A DNA stretch of 44,440 nucleotides from an uncultured Spartobacteria bacterium (GCA_903933015.1 CAIZIQ010000319.1:1-44440); one strand, 5' to 3'; counted from the first letter of the stretch, positions 25,376 to 31,778 are shown. Made by a program: numbers and translations. Notes: generated from the sequence alone by a model not told the origin.

Positions 25376-25419
25376 CAAGGACCGACGGCAGAGTGTTTAT
25401 TGCGCGGTCAAACAGAATA

Positions 25420-25506
25420 GCAGTGAAAGGGAGTGGTGAAAGGAAAAAGTGAAGCCGAGAGCCCCTTACACCCCCTTCATGCTCACTTTCACTCCGCCAT
25501 CACTGC
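25420..25506 (+). repeat. Purine-rich/pyrimidine-rich imperfect palindrome (family D copy 1; related copy at 26755-26848)
   Basis: The arms GCAGTGAAAGGGAGTGGTGAAAGGAAAAAGTGAAGC and GCTCACTTTCACTCCGCCATCACTGC pair over GCAGTGA/TCACTGC, GGAGTG/CACTCC and GTGAAAG/CTTTCAC. Confidence 0.5.
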
Positions 25507-25514
25507 AACGGCAC

Positions 25515-25548
25515 AAAAAAAAGACGCCACCCCGCGAAGGGTGGCGTC
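25515..25548 (-). terminator. Rho-independent terminator of glnII
   Basis: On the minus strand, GACGCCACCC-UUCGCG-GGGUGGCGUC is followed by eight U. It lies 24 nt downstream of the glnII stop. Confidence 0.8.
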
Positions 25549-25571
25549 CTTGATGGATCGACCGTGGCGAA

Positions 25572-26594
25572 TTACTTCGTCGGAACGGTCTTGATGGTCT
25601 GAAGGATACGGCTGGCGATCTTGTATGGGTCGCCCTGGGAGTTCGGACGACGATCCTCGAGGTAGCCCTTGTAGCCGTTGTTCACAAAGCTATGAGGGAC
25701 ACGAATCGAGGCGCCGCGGTTGGCCACTCCGTAGTTAAACTTGTCAATTGATTGGGTCTCATGCAGTCCGGTGAGGCGCATGTGATTATCAGGGCCGTAC
25801 ACGGCGATGTGCTCGTTCTTGTATTTGTCGAAGGCGGCCATCAGCTTCTCGAAATACTTCTGGCCACCCTTCTCACGCATGAACTTGGTGGAGAAGTTGG
25901 AGTGCATCCCGGAGCCATTCCAGTCGACATCCTTGCCAAGCGGCTTGCAGTGGTACTCGACATCGACGCCATACTTCTCGCAAACGCGCTGGAGAACATA
26001 ACGTGCGAGCCAGATTTCATCAGCGGCCTTCTTGGAACCCTTGCCAAAGATCTGGAATTCCCACTGGCCCTTGGCCACTTCGGCATTGATGCCTTCGTGG
26101 TTGATGCCCATCTCGAGGCAGATGTCAAGGTGCTCCTCGACGATGTCGCGGGCGATGTCACCGACGTTTGAGAAGCCGACGCCACAGTAGAACTTGCCCT
26201 GGCCTTCGGCCGGGAAGCCTCCCTTAGGGAAGCCCAGCGGTGCACCATCCTTATAGAGGAAGTACTCCTGCTCAAAGCCGAACCAGGTATCGGGATCATC
26301 GAGAATGGTGGCACGTGAATTGGAAGGATGCGGCTTGCCATCGGGAAGGAGAACCTCGCACATGACGAGCAGCCCGTTCTCACGGGTGGGATCGGGGTAG
26401 CTGGCTACGGGCTTGAGAATACAATCGGAGCTTTTGCCCTCGGCCTGGCGTGTGGAGCTACCATCAAATCCCCACTCTGGGAGATCCTTCAACGCGGGGA
26501 ACTTTGCGAATTCCTTGATCTGGGTCTTGCTACGGAGGTTGGCAACGGGCTCGTAACCGTCGAGCCAGATGTATTCGAGTTTGTACTTCGCCAT
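25572..26594 (-). CDS. glnII: Glutamine synthetase type II (eukaryote-like GSII)
   Basis: MAKYKLEYIWLDGYEPVANLRSKTQIKEF matches the rhizobial/eukaryotic GSII N-terminus as recalled. About 340 aa. ATG 26594 is preferred over 26639. Confidence 0.85.
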   Translation of the reverse strand: MAKYKLEYIWLDGYEPVANLRSKTQIKEFAKFPALKDLPEWGFDGSSTRQAEGKSSDCILKPVASYPDPTRENGLLVMCEVLLPDGKPHPSNSRATILDDPDTWFGFEQEYFLYKDGAPLGFPKGGFPAEGQGKFYCGVGFSNVGDIARDIVEEHLDICLEMGINHEGINAEVAKGQWEFQIFGKGSKKAADEIWLARYVLQRVCEKYGVDVEYHCKPLGKDVDWNGSGMHSNFSTKFMREKGGQKYFEKLMAAFDKYKNEHIAVYGPDNHMRLTGLHETQSIDKFNYGVANRGASIRVPHSFVNNGYKGYLEDRRPNSQGDPYKIASRILQTIKTVPTK

Positions 26595-26705
26595 GTGATT
26601 GGGGTGTTTGTGGTGAGTCCGATGTCTTTTTTTGATCACGTTCCGCGTTCCGGACTGCCGGCGAAATGTGATGTCCCGACTTTATGGTAGGGCAACAAGG
26701 GATCA

Positions 26706-26721
26706 AGCAACTTCAATGCCA
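26706..26721 (-). promoter_or_regulatory. Sigma-54 (-24/-12) promoter candidate for glnII
   Basis: The minus strand reads TGGCAT-TGAAG-TTGCT, a near-perfect match to TGGCAC-N5-TTGCW, about 110 nt upstream of the glnII ATG. Confidence 0.6.
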
Positions 26722-26726
26722 GAATG

Positions 26727-26754
26727 CGAAATTCCTCTTCTGAGAGGAATTTCG
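26727..26754. promoter_or_regulatory. Perfect 11-bp inverted repeat immediately upstream of the sigma-54 element
   Basis: CGAAATTCCTC-TTCTGA-GAGGAATTTCG. Possible regulator-binding site; function unknown. Confidence 0.4.
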
Positions 26755-26848
26755 AGTGGAAAGTGGGAATGTAAAAAGTGAGAAGGTAGAGTGAAGGGGA
26801 GCAAACTAACCCCAGCCCACTTTTTACCTCTTACCTTCCCACCCACTC
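26755..26848 (+). repeat. Purine-rich/pyrimidine-rich imperfect palindrome (family D copy 2)
   Basis: GAGTGG..GTGGGAA..GTAAAAAGTG pairs with CACTTTTTAC..TTCCCAC..CCACTC. It shares GAGTGG and (G/T)AAAAAGTGA blocks with 25420-25506 and ends 1 nt before ATG 26850. Confidence 0.5.
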
Positions 26849-26849
26849 C

Positions 26850-28079
26850 ATGATCACCGTCAAGGATACCCAGCGCGCGACCGTTCAAGTCTGCTTCGAC
26901 GGGAGCGTGCGAAAAGCCTTCCATGGTCCCAAAGCCAAGGAGCGCTTCGGGAACGAACTACATGTTCTCCTCCATCTGGAGAAGGCTGGGTGTGATTTCG
27001 TGCCCCGCGTGATCGCTGCGGATCCCGAGAAGCTTCTGCTGGTGACCACCAACTGCGGTTCCCGTGTCGATCGGCTTGATGGGGAACGCTGTGCGGAGCT
27101 CTTTGCGGAACTTGAGCAGTACGGAGTCCGTCATGACGACCCCGAGATGCGCAATGTCACCTACCGTCAGCAGGATGGGCGATTCTGCCTAATCGATTTC
27201 GAATTTGCCACGGTGCTGGGGAGTAGCAAGCCGGCTCGGGAGCGCGCTGAGAATCTGGAAAAAGTCCCCGCAATAACTCCCCTGGCCCTTTCGTGGTCTG
27301 GTTGCTCCGAGTGCGGATCGGTCCGTTCTAATAACGAAGATGCTTTCGTGGGATTGGTCATTGATGCGGCGGAGGTGCGGCATCTCGGGAAAATTGGATC
27401 CTCCTCAAGCGATCATGACCTGCTCTTTGCCGTCAGCGACGGGATGGGGGGTGCGAGCGCCGGTGAATTTGCGAGCCGGATCACCGTTGAGAAAATCACA
27501 CGCATGTTCCCTCCTCTTATCCGGCAGAGGGCGCGAGGGACGCCCATTGGCTTCGTAGCGGCCTTCGAGGCGCTCTTCGCAGAAATTCACAAAGCGCTTC
27601 AATATCTGGGTGACAGCTACGAGGAGTGCCAGGGCATGGGGTCCACCCTGAGCCTCTGTTGGTTTTCAGGGGGGACGATGCACTTCGCCCACATCGGTGA
27701 CACGCGGATCTATCACATTTCTAAGGATGGACAGATCACTCAGCTCACCAACGACGACACGCATGTCGGCTGGCTCAGGCGTACCGGTCAGATTAGCGAG
27801 AGGGAGGCGCGGGAGCATCCGGCAAAAAACCGTCTGCAAAAGGCCCTAGGTGCCGGCAATCAGTTTGTGAATCCTCAGGTGGGAGAGGTTTCCTATTTGC
27901 CTGGCGACCATTTTCTCATTTGCTCCGATGGGGTTACCGATGCTTTCACCGATGAAAGGATCGCCGAAATTTTGAAGGAATCTCCCAAGAAAGGAACTCC
28001 CGCCCAGCACCTCGTGACGGAGGCCGTGAATTACTCCGGCAAGGACAATGCAACCGCGATGATCGTGGCGGTCGGTTAA
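26850..28079 (+). CDS. Fusion protein: N-terminal minimal protein-kinase-like domain plus C-terminal PP2C (PPM) Ser/Thr phosphatase
   Basis: The N-terminal ~125 aa carry VRKAF, ERFGNELHVL, HDDPEMRNV (HxDxxxxN) and IDFEFA (DFG-like). The C-terminal part carries the PP2C motifs NNEDAF, FAVSDGMGG, GSTLS, HIGDTRIY, ICSDGVTD and DNATAMIV. Confidence 0.8.
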   Translation: MITVKDTQRATVQVCFDGSVRKAFHGPKAKERFGNELHVLLHLEKAGCDFVPRVIAADPEKLLLVTTNCGSRVDRLDGERCAELFAELEQYGVRHDDPEMRNVTYRQQDGRFCLIDFEFATVLGSSKPARERAENLEKVPAITPLALSWSGCSECGSVRSNNEDAFVGLVIDAAEVRHLGKIGSSSSDHDLLFAVSDGMGGASAGEFASRITVEKITRMFPPLIRQRARGTPIGFVAAFEALFAEIHKALQYLGDSYEECQGMGSTLSLCWFSGGTMHFAHIGDTRIYHISKDGQITQLTNDDTHVGWLRRTGQISEREAREHPAKNRLQKALGAGNQFVNPQVGEVSYLPGDHFLICSDGVTDAFTDERIAEILKESPKKGTPAQHLVTEAVNYSGKDNATAMIVAVG

Positions 28080-28083
28080 CGAA

Positions 28084-28536
28084 TCAGGCCATCGGCTGGC
28101 CCGCTTCATAGCGCGCCAGTTCCTCAATGCGCTTCACGTGACGGCCACCTTCGAACGGCGTGGAGAGCCAGAGGTCGACCAGACGCTTAGCGGTCTCGAG
28201 AGAGACCATGCGCTCGCCGATGGAGAGGACGTTTGCGTTGTTGTGCTGGCTGGCAAGTTTGGCGGTCTCGTCGCTCCATGCGATGGAACAGCGGATCCCC
28301 TTTACCTTGTTGGCGGCGATGGCCTCGCCGTTTCCGGAACCGCCGAAGACGATGCCTCTCTCGGCTTCCCCATGGGCCACCTTCTCAGCTGCGGGAATGC
28401 ACCAGAGGGGGTAGTCGGTGGAGTCGGCGGAGTGCGTCCCGCAGTCGATCACTTCATGACCCTGTGTGCGGAGCATCTCGGCGATAGCCTGCTTGTATTC
28501 GAATCCTGCGTGGTCGCTTCCAAGAGAGATTTTCAT
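28084..28536 (-). CDS. rpiB: Ribose-5-phosphate isomerase B (RpiB/LacAB family)
   Basis: MKISLGSDHAGFEYKQAI...CGTHS...DYP...GIVFGGSGNGEAIAANKVKGIRC. ATG 28536 is preferred over 28560. Confidence 0.85.
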   Translation of the reverse strand: MKISLGSDHAGFEYKQAIAEMLRTQGHEVIDCGTHSADSTDYPLWCIPAAEKVAHGEAERGIVFGGSGNGEAIAANKVKGIRCSIAWSDETAKLASQHNNANVLSIGERMVSLETAKRLVDLWLSTPFEGGRHVKRIEELARYEAGQPMA

Positions 28537-28549
28537 GATGTCAAAAAGA

Positions 28550-28792
28550 TCAGCCCTCAATCGTGTTGATTTCGACCGGTTCGACCTTCACTCCGAGTTC
28601 CTCGAGCCATGCGATGGCCCTCTTCGTCTCGCCGCGTTCGCCGATGATCTCCAGGCAGACGAGGCCGATCTCGTTGGTGACGCTGGCTTGACGCACATTC
28701 GTCGTGACCGCGAACTTGTGCCCGAGCTCATAGACGATGGGTCGCGTGATGAGCTTTGCCGGATACATGAGCCAGAGACGGGTCGTTTCCAT
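28550..28792 (-). CDS. Stand-alone NIL-domain protein
   Basis: 80 aa. LMYPAKLITRPIVYELGHKFAVTTNVRQASVTNEIGLVCLEIIGERGETKRAIAWLEELGVKVE follows the NIL-domain pattern of MetN C-termini and small NIL proteins. Confidence 0.6.
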   Translation of the reverse strand: METTRLWLMYPAKLITRPIVYELGHKFAVTTNVRQASVTNEIGLVCLEIIGERGETKRAIAWLEELGVKVEPVEINTIEG

Positions 28793-28840
28793 GGAATTGA
28801 AGATCGGAGGTTAGCGGCGCGAACGCAAGAGGACTATCTA

Positions 28841-29113
28841 CTATCCTCCGGCGATCGCAGGGACGATGGAGATGACATCGGCCTCCTTGATCGGGGTCTC
28901 CTTTTCCTGGAGAAAGCGAACATCCTCATCGTTCACGAAGATGTTCACGAAGCGGCGGATGGAACCGTTTTCATCCACGATGCGTTCGCCGAGACCGGGA
29001 AAGGTGGCGTTAAGATCATCGAGGACAGCGCCAAGAGTGACTCCGGAGGAGGTCACTTCCTCTTGGTTGTTGGTGAGTTTGCGGAGAGGGGTGGGGATGC
29101 GGATGGTTGGCAT
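28841..29113 (-). CDS. MoaD/ThiS-family beta-grasp sulfur-carrier protein (C-terminal Gly-Gly)
   Basis: 90 aa ending ...DVISIVPAIAGG-stop. The internal pattern VNIFVNDEDVRFLQEKETPIKEADVISIVPAIAGG is typical of ThiS/MoaD/CysO-like carriers. Confidence 0.75.
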   Translation of the reverse strand: MPTIRIPTPLRKLTNNQEEVTSSGVTLGAVLDDLNATFPGLGERIVDENGSIRRFVNIFVNDEDVRFLQEKETPIKEADVISIVPAIAGG

Positions 29114-29148
29114 GGGATTAGGTTTTTAGGCTGAAGGTTGTAGGGATT

Positions 29149-30405
29149 TTAGGACTTGATGGCGACCTCGTCGGCAACGAGGGCCTCGAACTCGCGGAGG
29201 CTGGCTCCGATGATGCGCGGCTCGCCGACCTTGCCGACGATGGCCTCCTGAGTCTTGAGGCCGTGGCCGGTGATGCAGAGGACGGCGCTCTCGTCTTTAG
29301 GAATCTTGCCGGAAGCGATCAGCTTCTTGGCACAGGCGACGGTCACCCCACCAGCGGTCTCGGCAAAGATGCCGGCGTACTCTGCCAGCAGCTTGATACC
29401 CTCGACGATCTCCTCATCGGTGGCATCCTCGCAGCTTCCGCCGGTCTCACGCATGGAGCGGATCGCGTAGTAGCCATCGGCGGGAGTGCCGATGGCCAGG
29501 GACTTGGCGATGGTGTCGGGATTCTGGACCGGCTTGACGATATCGGTGCCGGCCTTGAAGGCGGAGCTGATCGGGGAACACCCCGTGGCCTGCGCGCCAT
29601 GGATCGTGAACTCACTTTTCTCGACGATGCCGAGGTCAATGAATTCCTTGTAGGCCTTGTGGATCTTGGTCAGGAGCGATCCGGAGGCCATGCAGGCGAC
29701 TGTGTGCCGGGGGAGCTTCCAGCCGAGCTGTTCGGCGATCTCGAAGCCCATGGTCTTGGAACCCTCAGCGTAGTAGGGGCGAAGATTCACGTTCACAAAG
29801 CCCCAGCCGTACTTGCCGGCGATCTCCGAACAGAGGCGGTTCACCTGGTCGTAGGGGCCGGTGATCCCGATCACATTGGTCCCGTAGACGAGCGAGCCGA
29901 GCACCTTCCCCTGCTCCAGGTTGGAGGGAATCAGGACATAGCTCTTGAGGCCCGCGTTGGCGGCGTTGGCGGCCACTGAGTTGGCCAGGTTGCCGGTGGA
30001 GGCGCAGGCGACGACCTCGAAGCCGAGTTCGCGTGCACGGCTCAGGGCCACGGAGACCACGCGGTCCTTGAAGGAGAGGGTCGGGTAATTGACCGAGTCA
30101 TTTTTGATCCAGAGCTCGCGGATGCCGAGCTTCTTGGCCAGACGGTCGGCCTTCACCAGCGGGGTGAAGCCCACCTGCGTGCCGACGGTCGGCTCGCCAT
30201 CGATCGGGAGCAGTTCCCGATAACGCCACATCGTCTGCGGACGGGACTCGATCAGTTCGCGGGTGAATACCTCGCGGATCGCATCATAATCATAAGCCGC
30301 CTCGAGCGGGCCGAAGTCGAATTCGCAGATGTGGATCGCCTCTTTCTCGTAGAGGCGTCCGCATTCACGGCATTTCAGATTACTGAACCAGGGTTTCTTG
30401 GACAT
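29149..30405 (-). CDS. Threonine-synthase-fold PLP enzyme, paralogue of thrC (candidate MetM-like homocysteine synthase)
   Basis: PLP-lysine motif PTLSFKDR, then ASTGNLANSVAANAA and ITGHGLKTQ, with an N-terminal CRECGRLYEKEAIHICE Zn-knuckle-like segment. It sits downstream of a SAM-I riboswitch and upstream of a -GG carrier. Confidence 0.7.
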   Translation of the reverse strand: MSKKPWFSNLKCRECGRLYEKEAIHICEFDFGPLEAAYDYDAIREVFTRELIESRPQTMWRYRELLPIDGEPTVGTQVGFTPLVKADRLAKKLGIRELWIKNDSVNYPTLSFKDRVVSVALSRARELGFEVVACASTGNLANSVAANAANAGLKSYVLIPSNLEQGKVLGSLVYGTNVIGITGPYDQVNRLCSEIAGKYGWGFVNVNLRPYYAEGSKTMGFEIAEQLGWKLPRHTVACMASGSLLTKIHKAYKEFIDLGIVEKSEFTIHGAQATGCSPISSAFKAGTDIVKPVQNPDTIAKSLAIGTPADGYYAIRSMRETGGSCEDATDEEIVEGIKLLAEYAGIFAETAGGVTVACAKKLIASGKIPKDESAVLCITGHGLKTQEAIVGKVGEPRIIGASLREFEALVADEVAIKS

Positions 30406-30485
30406 GGGATCTTGTTCGTTTTATTCCGATCAAGAGTGGCGAGGAGACCTGGTGCCCTGATCAAGGATGATCGACGGCTCTGCCA

Positions 30486-30603
30486 GATATCTCATCTTTC
30501 CCCCGCTTTCGCGGAGCTGGATTTGGCACCTGGCCCTACGAAGAACTTCGTAGCGGTTGCCGTGACATCATCGGGCCAGTCCCTCCGTCACTCTTGATAA
30601 GAT
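30486..30603 (-). promoter_or_regulatory. SAM-I (S-box) riboswitch aptamer
   Basis: The minus strand reads CUUAUCAAGAGUGACGGAGGGACUGGCCCGAUGAUGUCACGGCAACC...GGUGCCAAAUCCAGCUCCGCGAAAGCGGGGGAAAGAUGAGA. All conserved S-box blocks are present and P1-P4 are formable. Confidence 0.85.
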
Positions 30604-30661
30604 TGAGAAGTAATCATTCCCGTGAAGCCCCGTAGCGTCAAGAGAAGATTGAGCAAATGCG

Positions 30662-30690
30662 TTGACCATAGAGTCATTCTCAGCTTAGAT
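30662..30690 (+). promoter_or_regulatory. Putative sigma-70 promoter of tRNA-Arg
   Basis: TTGACC, a 17-nt spacer, then TTAGAT, ending 14 nt before the mature tRNA 5' end. Confidence 0.45.
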
Positions 30691-30704
30691 ATTTCACTCT
30701 TCAC

Positions 30705-30778
30705 GCAGCCGTAGCTCAATTGGATAGAGCATCTGACTACGGATCAGAAGGTTAGGGGTTCGACTCCCTTCGGCTGCA
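30705..30778 (+). tRNA. tRNA-Arg (anticodon ACG)
   Basis: Manual cloverleaf: acceptor GCAGCCG/CGGCTGC, D stem GCTC/GAGC, anticodon stem TCTGA/TCAGA with loop CT-ACG-GA, and T arm AGGGG-TTCGACT-CCCTT. 74 nt; CCA is not encoded. Confidence 0.9.
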
Positions 30779-30780
30779 CT

Positions 30781-30806
30781 CCCCCTCATGTTTTTCCGAG
30801 GGGTTT
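30781..30806 (+). terminator. Weak hairpin downstream of tRNA-Arg
   Basis: CCCCTC-ATGTTTTTCC-GAGGGG followed by TTT. The stem and U-tract are short, so this is tentative. Confidence 0.3.
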
Positions 30807-30828
30807 CCACCAAGTTCCGGTGACTTCG

Positions 30829-31707
30829 TCAGCTCACGAACTCGAGTTTGTCGAGTCGAGGCACCAGTCCCTGATCGGCGGCACGGCCCAGGAATTCCCG
30901 AATCGCGGCACGGCCGCTCTCACCGTAGTCGAGGGTATAGTCGTTCACGTACATCCCGATGAATTCGTCGGCTAGCGGCACCTCCATGCCACGGGCATGG
31001 GCCATGCTGTGGTCGACTGCGGCGCGGCGATGCTCCAGACCATAGCGGATGCTCTCCTTCATGATGATGTTGAGCTCGCGGCGCTGTTCGGAGTCGAAGT
31101 CCTTGCGGATCACATTGCCGCCGAGTGGAAGAGGGAGGCCGGTCTCGGCCTTGAACCATTCGCCCATGTCGGCGATTTTCTCGAAGCCCTCGTTAGCGTA
31201 GGTCAGCTGTCCCTCGTGGATGATCAGGCCGACATCGACGGAGCCGGAGCGGATGGCATCGAAGATCTCGTCGAAGGGAACGACGGTGTGGTTGAACTCA
31301 GGCCCGAGGAAGAGCTGCGCGCTCAGGTAAGCGCTGGTCATGAGACCGGGGACCGCGATCTTCTTCGAGCGAAGCCATGTTTTCTTCTCCTCGAGGGAGG
31401 CATCGGCAGCGGGGCCTTGCCCCTTCAGGGCAACGAACATCGGGCCGTAACCATCACCCATGCTGGCTCCACACGGCAGCAGCGCATACTTGTCGAGCAG
31501 GTGGGAGTAGGCGTGGATCGAGACGGCGGACAGGTGGAGTTCCCCGCGCATCGCACGCTCGTTGAGCGTCTGGATGTCCTGGAGGATGTGCTGGAACTTG
31601 TATCCCATTAGGTCGATCTTCTCGGCCGCCATGGCATAGAACATGAAGGCATCATCGGGATCGGGAGAGTGGCCGAGCAGAAGCGTGGTATCGGGAGCGT
31701 GGGACAT
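30829..31707 (-). CDS. MqnA/MqnD-family protein (futalosine-pathway menaquinone biosynthesis; MqnD-like)
   Basis: LLLGHSPDPDDAFMFYAM...LQDIQTLNERAMRGELHLSAVSIHAYSHLLDKYALLPCGASMGDGYGP parallels the MqnD pattern SPCPNDTF...DVETLN...S.HAY as recalled. The exact activity is uncertain. Confidence 0.6.
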   Translation of the reverse strand: MSHAPDTTLLLGHSPDPDDAFMFYAMAAEKIDLMGYKFQHILQDIQTLNERAMRGELHLSAVSIHAYSHLLDKYALLPCGASMGDGYGPMFVALKGQGPAADASLEEKKTWLRSKKIAVPGLMTSAYLSAQLFLGPEFNHTVVPFDEIFDAIRSGSVDVGLIIHEGQLTYANEGFEKIADMGEWFKAETGLPLPLGGNVIRKDFDSEQRRELNIIMKESIRYGLEHRRAAVDHSMAHARGMEVPLADEFIGMYVNDYTLDYGESGRAAIREFLGRAADQGLVPRLDKLEFVS

Positions 31708-31778
31708 GGAAGGAAAGGATGAAGGAATAATTAAAAATGATGAAGTAAAAGACGGCGGGGAGAGAGTTGAGAAAATAT

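Noticed and set aside
26595-26700. Glutamine-binding (glnA-motif) riboswitch in the glnII leader
   Set aside because: I looked for the conserved E-loop/pseudoknot sequence blocks and did not find them. Only a 4-bp CCGG hairpin and an A-rich tract are present.
30705-30828. tRNA-Arg as an integration hotspot for a genomic island
   Set aside because: No integrase or other mobile genes lie on either side. I noticed no duplicated tRNA 3' end by eye, and the flanking genes are housekeeping.
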